Of a stretch of DNA of 64,000 nt, positions 51,625-63,757 are shown piece after piece. The first letter of the stretch is position 1. Every line of letters begins with the position of its first letter. Under the pieces are notes generated by a model. That model saw nothing but the letters and a program-made list of their open reading frames with translations. It had not been told where the DNA came from and searched no databases. The stretch is from Vairimorpha necatrix. Lineage: Eukaryota. Both the position numbers and the translations under genes were made by a program. Location of the stretch: the NCBI GenBank assembly GCA_036630325.1, contig CP142730.1, positions 930,001 through 994,000 of the forward strand, in the 5' to 3' direction.

Positions 51625-53571
51625 TTAAACTAAAGAATACTGCCGATACCTTCTGTTGCACCTTTTTTTGTAACGCCAAATTCCCAACACTATAAGAATA
51701 AAACTAAAAAATATAAAAAGCACTGTTTTATCAAAACCTCTATTTTCGAAGGAATTAGTATTTGCAATTTCTAACATTGTTAAACGCTCTGATTTTATGT
51801 TATCAGATATAATATAGTTTTCAGAGGCATCATAATTATTATTATAATTAGTCGTGCTTTCTGTAAAAGTATTAGAATCAGTAGTTGTATCTATAATTTC
51901 ATTGAAACCAATAGGCATTGTAGAAATATATTGATGACCTGTGATAGAGTCGATTATTGTATTAAAATCATAATTTTTTTCGGTTTTAATAGTAGATTCG
52001 ACATTATCCCGCTTGATGCCGTTAAAATCGGTGGTAGTATCTGTAGGGATATCAAAATCTGTTGTAGATTTAATTACACTATTAGAAGAAATAGTTGCAT
52101 CGGAGAATAAATTATAATCGGCATTAGACACTATAAACTCCTTGAAATCAGTAGTTGTCTCAGTAATATTATTATTGTATTCGATAGTTATGTCAGTAAT
52201 AATATTAAAATATTTAGTATAATCAGTGATGTTATTTTGATTAGTGTTTGTCTCCGTATTTATTAGACTTTCTTCAGTAGCTTGATCAAAAAATTCATTA
52301 TTACTTTCAGTAGTCGTTTCATTAAGTACATTTTTTATTATCGTAGACTCTGGATTTTTTTTATATTCCGTTGTAGTTTCTATCATATTAAAATCTGTAT
52401 AAACTTCAGTAATCATTTTATTTTCTATAGTTGCTTCTGTTTCATTATTACTTTTTATGTTTTCTCTTGTCATACAATTTGTAGCAATATCTGTACTTAA
52501 ATAATATTCTGTAGTTATATCGAGTTTGCTATTAAAATTGCGAGTTGTTTCAGAACCACTAGAATAATTTGTAAATTTATAAATAAAATCATAATCCATC
52601 GTATTTCCAGTTATGTTCATATTATTTGAACTTTGCTTTATATTTTTATCAGTTGTAGCTTTATAAATATCATCCATCTCTGTAGTAATTTGAGTACTAT
52701 ATTCAAAAAATTCAGTTTCTGTTGATACATCATTTTTAAATAAGTTGGTGTTAGTAGGCTCATTTCCAATGGCATAATTTAAATAATTAAAAGTTGTATT
52801 GTCAATATAACTTTCATTATTGTTATTTGTAGTGTCATATAAACTATTAATCTCAGTTGTAGTTTCAGCTGTGTTGTAGTCTTCTGTAGTTGTATAAGTT
52901 ATATTTGTAATGTTGTAAATTGGTATAAAACATTCGGCTTTAGATACTTGATCGAGTTTTCTGTTGGCTTCATCGACTATATATTTCATTCCTTTTGTTC
53001 CAAAACATTTTACAAAATTAAATCCTAAACCTTTACACATTTTAAAAACAGGTAATGGTAAATTTCTACTTATACCATTCGGTACAAAACATGTATGTAA
53101 CTTAATTATACCTCGTATTGTTTCTTCTGGTTCTTTACTTTCATTTATAATATCTTTATAACACATACGAAACATATCAAAATATTCAATCGCTCCACTT
53201 TTCAATTCCTCGATAAATTTTCTTTCTGGTCTTATAAGAGTTCTCGATATGTTAATATCCCAATTTTTGAGATTTAAATTAGACAAATAAACATCTCTTA
53301 ACTGAATTCTTCTATTTATTAAACTTCTCTCTGAATTATCATCTTGTATTAACCTTTTAAATAAATCAAGATTTGTTACCGTGTCCCAAATAAATTCACT
53401 GAATAAAAGACCATGGTTTTCTGGCAAATTATGATTATTAATTTTGCTATCTAATGATTCACATACATTGGTGCCATTAATAACAAAATATAAAAAATCA
53501 TCTTCGCCATTAGATTTTACAAAACCTAACATAAAAAATACCGAACTACAAAAAAATTTATATAATCTCAT
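51625..53571 (-). CDS. Cys-head surface-protein family member (648 aa, long mucin-like stalk)
   Basis: CCC-TTT-ATG start, head ~89% identical to 47649-48560, ~400-aa Thr-rich stalk with ~10-aa periodicity, TM helix and RYKKR tail. Confidence 0.93.
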   Translation of the reverse strand: MRLYKFFCSSVFFMLGFVKSNGEDDFLYFVINGTNVCESLDSKINNHNLPENHGLLFSEFIWDTVTNLDLFKRLIQDDNSERSLINRRIQLRDVYLSNLNLKNWDINISRTLIRPERKFIEELKSGAIEYFDMFRMCYKDIINESKEPEETIRGIIKLHTCFVPNGISRNLPLPVFKMCKGLGFNFVKCFGTKGMKYIVDEANRKLDQVSKAECFIPIYNITNITYTTTEDYNTAETTTEINSLYDTTNNNNESYIDNTTFNYLNYAIGNEPTNTNLFKNDVSTETEFFEYSTQITTEMDDIYKATTDKNIKQSSNNMNITGNTMDYDFIYKFTNYSSGSETTRNFNSKLDITTEYYLSTDIATNCMTRENIKSNNETEATIENKMITEVYTDFNMIETTTEYKKNPESTIIKNVLNETTTESNNEFFDQATEESLINTETNTNQNNITDYTKYFNIITDITIEYNNNITETTTDFKEFIVSNADYNLFSDATISSNSVIKSTTDFDIPTDTTTDFNGIKRDNVESTIKTEKNYDFNTIIDSITGHQYISTMPIGFNEIIDTTTDSNTFTESTTNYNNNYDASENYIISDNIKSERLTMLEIANTNSFENRGFDKTVLFIFFSFILIVLGIWRYKKRCNRRYRQYSLV

Positions 53572-54697
53572 AAAGGGCAAATTTTTTTTTGTTATTTATA
53601 TAAAGCAAAATATCTAATTTAAATAAAATATTTTTTTAATTATTAAATTGTTTAAATTGTTGCATCTTCTTACATACAAATCATTATCATCAATTTAAAT
53701 TAGGTAAATTAAATTTGACAATTGGCAGTTCGTACATAATAATATAAACTAATGAAAGCTAAAATACTTCTTCAATCAAATCTAATCTCGATTGTAAACA
53801 AATATTAAACAAATTAAAAAATATATTGATAGAAAAATTCATAGAATAATACTTGATATAGATTTAAATATAAAGAATGTATGTAATAAAAACATAAAAT
53901 TTAATTGAATATATTGATTGTTTTTTTACCAAATCTGTACATGTTAAAAATACTTACAATATGAATTGAAATTATATATGACCTAAATTTTTTGATATTT
54001 ATCTAATTACGATGGTATTTTGCTTTATATAATTTCGACTCAAATAAATATTTTCAAATTTTTATGAATAAAATTTTTAAATTAATAATAGGAAAAAAAA
54101 TAATACAAGGTTAAATTATCCCCAAAATTTTGTGTAATTTTTACTTATAATTCTTATTTCTATAAATTATTTATTTTTATAATCGATTGCAAAAAGACAT
54201 GCGACTTCAAATGCTTCATTGCTGTTTGTAAACAAACAATCTTATTAGATATTTCTATGGATTTTACTATTTAAAAATGTCATACTAAACAATAACACAG
54301 TTTTTTCGATCAAGAAATATTTTTTTCGAATTAATAATCGCTATAGGGGCTTTATAACGCACTCTAGACCTCTATACAAAAGATATAATAATTTGTTTGT
54401 TTTTAAAAAATAAATGAAAAATTATTTTGATATCTAACAGACTTTATAATACTTATATATCTCATATTTATATAAAAAGATATACTAAATGGCTAATTCG
54501 AAGAAAAAAAATGATATTGTTATTCTTTTTAAGAAATTGGTTCTGTCAAAATACAATAACCCTAGTGTTATATATGTAGCAACAAAATCTAATTGTTGTG
54601 AAAATATATATTTAAGAAATTTAATCCTTAGCATACAATTATCATTAACACTAACAAAAAAAATAAAAGACCTTTTATAGTTAAAACATTATTTTTT

Positions 54698-54760
54698 AAA
54701 AGAATATAAAAAATAATCTTATTTTTATTAAAGAATATAAAAAAATAATCTTATTTTATC
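54698..54760. repeat. ~31-bp tandem duplication
   Basis: AAAGAATATAAAAAATAATCTTATTTT occurs twice in tandem. Confidence 0.7.
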
Positions 54761-57073
54761 ATGAAACTTATAAACAAATATTGCATTGGTAATAAAAAAT
54801 CAAAGCCTTGGTTGTCATATACCATAAATGCATGACTTATATAGTTATGACTAGGGAATCGATGTCTTTGTGTAGTTTTAAACAGATTTTTTTAAAGGTG
54901 TATTAGGGTAAAATAGCTTATCATTCAATTCTACTATAATTGAACATATTAGAGTGTGTTTATAATTTTTATTATTCCGATTTTTTTCTCCTCTGCTTCT
55001 TTTTTATTCAATTTTCTTAATTTTTATTTAAATTTTATATTTATTTTCTACAAAAAGGTGTTTGCAAGATATCTTAATTAATAAAACATCAATAACATAT
55101 CATAATCATTATAAAAAATTTTGGGAGCCATAATAATAAGTAAGAACCTCTATTGTTTACATCAAACGAATAAAGCAATAAATTAATACCAAAATAAAAA
55201 TAAATTTGTATAAAAATTAAATCTGATACTAGCAGAAATGCTTAGTATTATTTAAATGTATAAAAACATATGTAAAATAAATTAATGATAACGACGTTAT
55301 GTTATTAACTTTTTTTATACTAACAGTATTAAATTATTTTTGATGTTAAAGACATATATAGCAAACTGCTAATAAATAATTATAAAGTGCAATTCCATCT
55401 TAAATGAATTTTCCTTGTTTCTTCTATCAAATTTGCATATGTGTAAAATGTGAATATACTAAAAACTTGTTATAAATAAAAAATTAAGGAATATTCGATT
55501 TTGTTGTTTTTTAACTATAATACAATTAAAATTTTTACTTATAAATATATTTAAATTTTTTTAATACAACTGATTAAACTACCAATTTTGGGGTTTGAAT
55601 CATTACATCCAAATGCTTGAATTTTTTATAAAACTTTAATGGTAAAAAAATTATGAAACATCGGTATGTGTTTGACAAAACTCAGAAAAAATTTATGGCT
55701 GAAAATTCAAATATGTTTAATTTACATCGCAAAACCGTTTCATTCATCATAAGGAAACTCACGAACAATTTGATAAGTCCAATCAACTATGCAAAAAATA
55801 AAAAAGATTTCGTTTATGTACCGTGTTATTGAAACTAATAGTTGTTTTTGCCAACCCTAGACTCTTTAAGAAATTTTTAACGAGTTCAATATCAACAACA
55901 AATATCTCTTGACAATAGCTTTAATATATGAAACTTATAAATCTCGGTATAACAAAAAAAATTCAATTGTAATTTATCGTTTTAACTCATAGAAACAATA
56001 GAAGTTTTATAATCTCGAAATCAGTACCATTCGTGTGAAAATGAAGTTTACCGATAAAACTGGAGTAAACTTATTACGAATACTAGGAAAACATAATGAA
56101 AACAATTGCCAAAATGTCTACTGCACTTGGAATATCAATATTTATTTTCTTATTCAGTTCAGAAGTTTAGCATACAATTCTAAAAGGTTTTTTCACTTTA
56201 TCATATATGTATTATCTTTGTGATGTATTTAATCCCGGTAAAATTATATCGCTGAATATGGCTGAGTATGATCGTTTACTAGTTTTAAGAAATTGAAGAA
56301 TTAAGGTATCAATTATAAATTCTATCTACTCATTCTCTGCAATTAACTTATTCTAGGGATTCTTTGCAAAAATCAAGGCAGAATTTTAATTTTTAAAATT
56401 ACAGCACAATTTATAGATGTTTAGAGTTTAGATTAAGAATGTAAGTGCCCTAGCCATTACAGATATATTAAGTCTGCCCAAAATGTCAGGAGCAAAAAAA
56501 GATTTTTTATTGGACTTTTAATTTATTTAAAATTTTTTTATTATTTCAAGCTTTAATTCAAACATGTAACTTGAACAATTCAACCTCTGTATTAATTTGA
56601 ATTATGAAAATACACGTCAAAAAAAAATTTTATTCTAAAAAAATATTTAGAATATTGTATATAATATTATAATTCAATGAATTATAAGACACTAAGCAGA
56701 TTGATTCATGATATCAGTTATTTTAACAATTATCCAATATTCGAATTCGAGGCCGTTTCTTCTTACTACTATACCTATCACTTGCTTAATCAACTTAGAT
56801 ATATTTTATTATTGCTTTAAAGGTTCTTTATTTATATTACTAAAGAATTATTAACACACAATCACATTTTATGAGATGCTAATCATGGAGACATATATCT
56901 TCAACAACTAAAAAACTTACTTTTTATAAAATAGTAGTTATTTTGCTTTAATTTTTATTTGTGATTATTTTCCTTTATTAAAAGTTTTATATGGTTTTAA
57001 TTATTTAATAAAATTTTTAAAGCATTAATTAAAATTTTACGAAAAAAAATATTTAATTCTCGATTTCGAACAT

Positions 57074-57997
57074 CTATGATCGTCGTGTCTTTCTTTGGTA
57101 TCTTCTTATGAAGTACACACCATAAATGAAAAAGAAAATTACAATTGGTATCACTCCGCATATATAGATTGTTTGACCCCAATTTCCCCAGAAATTAGTA
57201 TTAGACTCATTAGTATTGTTGTTTTTAATTTGCGTCATATTAAAATTGTTAGTATTCGATATAGCTGTTACATTATCATTGTCCGTGTTAAATGCATTGT
57301 TTATGTTATCAATCTCACTAAAAAGAATTGTCGAAAAATTTTTAAATTCATAGATATCGTTAAAACATTCAGCGTTCAAAACTAATTCGGAATTAACTCT
57401 TATACTTTCAATTAACTGGCTTAGGTTGGCCTTTTTATTACACTTGATATAATGTGGAATAAAATTTCTACACATTTTATAAACAAGAAGTGGAATATTT
57501 TCTCTGTTATTATTTAATATAAAGCAGGTATTGTTCTTAATAATTTCTTTAATTGGCCCTATAATATATTGCATATTAGTTAATGCTTTTTTGTGACATA
57601 TATGTAACGTATTAAAAGACTTAAAGGCAATATCGATAATTGATTTGATAAACACATGTTCGTTGTCTATAAGAGAATTCATTATGTAATTATCCCATTT
57701 ATCTTTTTTTAATGTAGTTAAAAACGCTTTTCTTAATAAATCACTTCTATTTGAAAAACTATATTCTGAAATATCATGCTGTATCATATGTTTAAATATA
57801 TCATTGTTTGTAACTACATCCCATACAATTAAATAATAATTTGTCATAGTATTACTTGATACAGTATTATATAGATAAAACTTTGTTTCCAATGTATCAC
57901 AAACATTTTTATCAAAAATATGCTGCTTAATAGAATCTTCTATTGTGTTATACGTATCTAGTATTAACAATACTGTTTGAATAAAAAATATAATCAT
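57074..57997 (-). CDS. Cys-head surface-protein family member (307 aa; alternative start 58009)
   Basis: CCC-TTTA-ATG favours 57997. Motifs NVCDTL, WDVVTNNDIF, LHICHK, NTCF, IPLLVYKMCR, LNAEC, TM helix and RRYQRK tail. Confidence 0.88.
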   Translation of the reverse strand: MIIFFIQTVLLILDTYNTIEDSIKQHIFDKNVCDTLETKFYLYNTVSSNTMTNYYLIVWDVVTNNDIFKHMIQHDISEYSFSNRSDLLRKAFLTTLKKDKWDNYIMNSLIDNEHVFIKSIIDIAFKSFNTLHICHKKALTNMQYIIGPIKEIIKNNTCFILNNNRENIPLLVYKMCRNFIPHYIKCNKKANLSQLIESIRVNSELVLNAECFNDIYEFKNFSTILFSEIDNINNAFNTDNDNVTAISNTNNFNMTQIKNNNTNESNTNFWGNWGQTIYICGVIPIVIFFFIYGVYFIRRYQRKTRRS

Positions 57998-58960
57998 TAA
58001 AGGGAACATTAAATATTTTTATTAAATACAATAATATTAAATTTATATTGTGTTTGAAAATATTTGAATTAATGTATAGAATTTGTTTTTTTTTTTGTTT
58101 AAATAATCTAATGAGCATCGTTTTACACATATCATAAAATGTTAAATATATTAAAACATGACATCGTGTTTCCCATAATAAATATTTTTTATGAAATTAT
58201 ATTAGATATTTTCAAAATAAAGCAGTAAATAGTTCCGATGTTTTTTTCATCATAAAATTTATTAACCTATAAAACTTTATTTAAAATATAAAATGACATA
58301 AAAAATCAAAAATACTATAAGAAAAACATAATGTATCAATAAGTTACATTAAATGATGGTTATAAAAACACAAATCTTTATATTCAAATTAACTTTTGTA
58401 AATTTAAAATTTAAAATTTAAAAATTTAAAAAATTTTACAACAAAACAATAAAATAGCTGGATTTTATAAAAATTTATCTTAAAACAAAAAATATTAAAT
58501 TTTTTGGTCTTAATTGTATTTGAGGATTATTTTTTTTGATGACAGCACATCTAAATAAATGCATTAAGTGAAAAAAAATACAAAAAAAAGAGAAACTAAT
58601 AAAATATTGTCATTAAAAATATAAAAGCTTAGACATAAAATTTTAAAAAATTTGTAGTAAAATTTATTAGTAAACATATTATTTAATTAAAATTATATGA
58701 GTTATACATTGGAAGTTTAAAAGTATTTTTTGCATATAAATCTATAACCAATACAAAAAAAAATAGAAACTCGCATCATTCCTATACAAATATAATATGT
58801 CAACCTATTACATTTTTTATAAAATTTACAAAATAGAAGTCTCCCATTAGGTTTCCAATTTTTTCATTATATGTTAATTTGAACATATTTTTTTAAAAAA
58901 GTAAAGATACAATTTAAAATTTTTATTAATTTTCAACATCAAAATACTTTTTTAATAATT

Positions 58961-59824
58961 TCAAATAAAATTTTGATTTCTTCTTATATCATCAGCTCTT
59001 TTTATACTACTAGTATTATAGCATATATATCCTATAAAAGCACAGAAGCAGCTGATTACTAATAAAAGTATAGGAATAGAAATATCATTACTCCAATTAT
59101 AATCTGTAGTCCCAAAACTATATTGAAATGTTTGCAAATGTCTAGTTTCCGTTATATTAGAAACATCATAATTACTAGTTAAGCATTCTGCTATTAACAA
59201 TTGCTTTTGATTTTCTTTTATTGTATTATAAATATAATTCATTTCAAATTCACCATAACACTCTTTGTAATGACCAATTAGACCTTTACATGTCTTATAA
59301 ATAACAGAAGGTAAATGTTTATTTATACCATTCAATATAAAACAAGTATTTTGACTTATTATGTCTATAATTGCCTCTTTTATAGAGTCAGAATTGTTAA
59401 TAGTATCTTTATGACAGATACGTAATGTATTAAATATGTTTAAAGTGTTAGATATCAAATCTCCTATGAATTTCTTTTCGAATGTAGTAAGTGATTTTAT
59501 CAAATTATAATCCCATTTTTCAAGGCTTAATCTTTTTAAATATCCATTCCAAATTAAAATTTTTCTATTTTTAAAACTATAAATAGATGTATCATTTTGT
59601 GTCATCCTTTTGAAAATATCATGATTAGTTATTATATTCCATGTTAGTTCATAAACACTCCTAATTTCGTTATCTGATAAGCTGAGTTGATATATTCTGC
59701 TATCTAAGGAATCACAAACTTTATCACCATTAAAAATGGAATTTATTATTTCATACATATTCATCATGCTTTTTATATAACTAATTCCAAATATAATGTA
59801 CTGAAAAAGTATAGAAATCAACAT
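58961..59824 (-). CDS. Cys-head surface-protein family member (287 aa, shortest stalk)
   Basis: CCC-AAA-ATG start, VCDSL, WNIITNHDIF, LRICHKD, NTCF, LPSVIYKTCKG, LIAEC and TM helix. Confidence 0.9.
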   Translation of the reverse strand: MLISILFQYIIFGISYIKSMMNMYEIINSIFNGDKVCDSLDSRIYQLSLSDNEIRSVYELTWNIITNHDIFKRMTQNDTSIYSFKNRKILIWNGYLKRLSLEKWDYNLIKSLTTFEKKFIGDLISNTLNIFNTLRICHKDTINNSDSIKEAIIDIISQNTCFILNGINKHLPSVIYKTCKGLIGHYKECYGEFEMNYIYNTIKENQKQLLIAECLTSNYDVSNITETRHLQTFQYSFGTTDYNWSNDISIPILLLVISCFCAFIGYICYNTSSIKRADDIRRNQNFI

Positions 59825-61933
59825 TTTGGGATATAATTTTTTAAAAACATTTTATTATGAATTATTATTTTTGAAATAAAGCAAATTATTAAAAAAAATA
59901 AAAATGTTAGTTCATATCAAACGTTTCTACAAATGAGCAATAAATATTTTTAATTGAATAATTAATATATTAATTTTTGATGTGCGTGGATTTAAAAAAC
60001 AAGTTTTCATCTTTTAACTTTTTTTTGCATAGATTTATTTAATTCCAATATTATTGTATATATTTGGTATGTATACATTTAGGTCCAACTATTGGATTTT
60101 CAATCATACTTTTTGATGTAATAAACATAATATTCTAATGAAAAAAAAGTATGATTACAAAAAATTTATAGGTTTAAAAAGTTTTTCATAAGTTCAATTG
60201 TTCTATAATTATATCTGGATATCATGGATAAAAATGAAGCTTGGATGCAAAACATTCCTCCTATGGTTTCATTTTAATTTTACCAACTCTAAAATAAGTG
60301 TAAAAAAGAAGACATAAACATTAAGCACTTATTTATATAAAATAACAAATATAATTTTTTAGATCGATATCAGATAGTATATTATGTATTTGAATAATTG
60401 ATAAAACATTGCATTTTTTACCAAGTTATATTTAAATGTTTAATCAGTTTATTAAATGTACATGAATTTTTTAAAAATTATTTATTATAGATAAAAAAAC
60501 ATATGAAAGGAATATCAATTAGGATTTTTTCAACCCAACACAAATTTTACATTTGAGACATGGTTTAATTAAAAAATTTCTTATAAAATAAGTCAAATTA
60601 TTAAAAATATCTATGATGAGGAATTAAAGATATCAGAATAAAATTCTCTTTTCGTAAAAATTATTTATTATTTTAATTAATAAGTGTATATTACATCTGT
60701 TTGAAGGCTAGTGTAACTTCGTGATCGTAAAGTCAATTTGGGCTAAAAAATAAAGTTAACACCCTTGAAAGGGGGTTAATCATAAAACACTTTTTTCACT
60801 TTTAAAATTTATGTTAAATATCTTTGTGTTATGTTTTAGTATAAAAAGATCGTTTACGAGTTTGCTTAAATTAATATAATCTATGTACAAATGATTAATT
60901 ATTGTTGTTTGACAAAGAACAATATTTTTCAACCTAAAATAAAAAAATATAATTCTTGAATTAGTCATATATTACCAATTGTTACAGCAAGAATATATAT
61001 TTTTTTTTTGTAAAGTTCGTCGTAGAAAAAATTAATTTTCTGTTATGAGAATTCTTTTAAAGGATAACATTAGATTATGTTGAATAGGTATCTTAAATTT
61101 ACAATGTTGTATTCTGCATATTTCTAATATATTGATTAAAAAGTTTTATTTATCAATTATACTAGAGACGTAGGGATAAAGAATCGAATGCTTCTGATTT
61201 TTACATATATAATTGAAAGTCAAAATTTTTGTTTATTAATAAAGATTTAAAAATAGTGTGAAAGTGATAATACTGAGTACTTAGAATATAAAGTATACTC
61301 TGGAGCATATTATTCAAAAAATTATATTTTAGTCAAAAAATAATCATAAATTTGAAAACATATAACCATAAGTTCAGAATCGAAATTTAAATAATTCTTT
61401 TAACTCTCAAAGCAAACCAAAAATTGTGTCATAATGCTTATAAATTTTATGTTTAATCTTTTGAATTTTAAATTATTTATTTTAATTACAGAGAAAATAA
61501 TTCATATTTATAAAAATATAAATTTTTTTTTGAGGTGTAATACGTAAAAATTGAAGATATTTAAGATTATGATTATGACATGTTATTGCACTTTTTTTAT
61601 AAAAAACCAAATTAAAATTTACTGTATTAGAAATAAAATATAATATTCAAAATTATATGATGGTAAATTAAAGTCTAATTAATATTTAGCTCGTAATTTT
61701 TAAATTCATTTATACTTTTAAGATAACGCTTGCTGATAAATATTAAGAATAAAAAAAGTTGTATATGAATATAATCTTTGTTTTTAGTTACGTAAGTTAC
61801 AGTTTTATTAGATATTTTTTTTTCTCTTAATCATAATCCATACAACCAAACTAAGTATTAAAAAATAATTGATGCGTTTTAAATGTATTTTCCGAATATA
61901 ATAAACACATTAGATTTTACATATAGATTTTTT

Positions 61934-63151
61934 GGCGCATCGGTCAGAACCCGGACTTTTTTTCTCTCTAAGGGTCCCCCCTTGGAGAGAAACGAAAAAA
62001 AATAATAATAATAAAAAACCATTTTATTTTAAGAAAACTTTGATAATTTCAATGAAGAACTCTCTTGAACTTTTGATGTTTTTATAAATTGCACATCTTC
62101 TTCTCCACTTAAATTCTTCCAAAAAAATCAGGGATAGCACTTTCTTTGATCCCTTTTCTAGCTATTATATCACATTTAAGATGTGACCAAACACCTTCTA
62201 TTAAGTTTGTGGTCTCTCCTGCTTCGTTTTTAAAGCCTTCATCATGAATTACAACGCGATGATCACCGTTGATAGATTCTACTGCAGCGGGATAAGATTT
62301 ATGACCATCAGTTATGCATGTAGTGTCGTTTTTTATATACTTTTTAAAAAACCGAGTCATCGTCTGTATAGTCCGGTTAGGTACTATTTCGATTCTCAGT
62401 TCTAACGTTCGCTCGTCTATCGTCCCTACCAACCACACACAGTTTTTGACTGTGTCATATCTTTCCGATGGAGATTTGACAAACTTCTCCTTTACTATAA
62501 CCATTTCATCGGTCTATGTCACTTCTTCAAATCCTCCAATTTTTTTTTGGTGTTTGAGATTTTCTTTTTTCAGTGCTTCGTATATTTTTTTTTTAGCCCT
62601 GAAGACACTGGAAGCAGACACCCGGGAATTTTTGTTTAGGTTTAGTGTAGACTGCTTTTCAGTGAACGAATACAGAATATACAAATAATTATATATAGGT
62701 ATTCGGGGATTAGAAAATGAAGTTTTATCAAAAACTCCGATTGATGTTCCACATACAGTCTTCCCCCTACACTTAAACCGGTGGCAGTTCATGTACGAAT
62801 CGTCCGGTGTTAATATCATTATACCAGGACATTTCGTACATTCCATTGTTGTTTTTAGTAGATTTTCATCCACTAACCAACATATTGCCTCATGTGGGTC
62901 TTGGAATATTTTTGACCTACTGTCAAGCGGCTCCATACATACCATAAGGGTAAAATATTTTTGAAAAAATCATCTAAAAAACAAAAATGTTTATAACTCA
63001 AGAAATGTTAATGCGAATGAAATTTAAACAAATCTGTATAATTTCGACTCTTGGGGATATGGTTCGTAAAAAACATTTCCCCACTTTACGGTCAGTACCC
63101 GGATTCAGTACGTAAAATATTAAGGAAAGTCCGGGTTTTGACCGTTGCGCC
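61934..63151 (-). mobile_element. Merlin DNA transposon, young, with near-intact transposase
   Basis: TIR GGCGCATCGGTCAGAACCCGGACTTT / AAAGTCCGGGTTTTGACCGTTGCGCC and perfect 8-bp TSD GATTTTTT (61926-61933, 63152-63159). Confidence 0.94.
62029..62945 (-). pseudogene. Merlin transposase with one in-frame TAG and a probable 3' frameshift
   Basis: CCC-TT-ATG start. ORFs 62514-62945 and 62109-62504 are in frame (GGFEEVT*TDEM). Motifs ITDGHKSY, TNLIEGVWSHLK. A shifted frame continues LEEFKWRRR. Confidence 0.88.
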
Positions 63152-63269
63152 GATTTTTTAATAAAGAAGTTGAATACGAATTAGCAGTTGTATAAAAGTA
63201 CAATTATAAGCCGCTAATCATTTTCGAATAATTTAAAATAGTTAAATATGTCGCATGGTAACTTTGACC

Positions 63270-63757
63270 AAAAAAAATAAATGAATTTAATTAGGATATG
63301 CTTATTGTAGTTTATATTTATAGTTTAACAAGGATAAGTTCCGCGTTGACGTCTCCTGCTTGTAGGAGGCTTCTCGTCTCCATGGTTCTTTCCACATCGG
63401 CTTCGTCTCCACTCCTTCGGTAGTCCAGAGAAATGCTTTCTAGCTTCTTCTTTAGCGTTTATCTGGAGGTACGCTTCTACCTTCTTAGGGATTTCAAGTC
63501 TAGTGGTATAAGATTTGTTAAACTTAGTCACTATACCGTCCCAAGTGATTACGTAGGGAATTATTTCTGTTTTAAAACCATATATTAGGCCCAGTTCATT
63601 CGCAAGGACATCATACTTTCTTAAATTATCGTTTTCTACTTGCTGAAGATTCTCTTGTGATGTGACACCTATTTCAATATTCGTATCAATTTGTTCTTCT
63701 TATCTACTACGACAATGTCCGGTTTATTATCCGAACTTCTATATACTCATTCTTATA
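63270..63757 (-). mobile_element. Non-LTR retrotransposon 3' fragment, same family as 14251-14589
   Basis: NKPDIVVVDKKNK..IEIGVTSQENLQQVENDNLRKYDVLANELGLIYGFKTEIIPYVITWDG (PD-(D/E)xK REL motif), with a 3' UTR nearly identical to the 14251 copy. Confidence 0.87.

Noticed and set aside
55580-56500. Possible Tc1/IS630-like transposase relic (FNLHRKTVSFIIRK; FNPV-like)
   Set aside because: Too degraded, with no TIR or TSD identified.
60756-60779. TTAA-CACCCTTGAAAGGGGG-TTAA, resembling fused piggyBac ends
   Set aside because: Only 24 bp and imperfect, so it could be chance.
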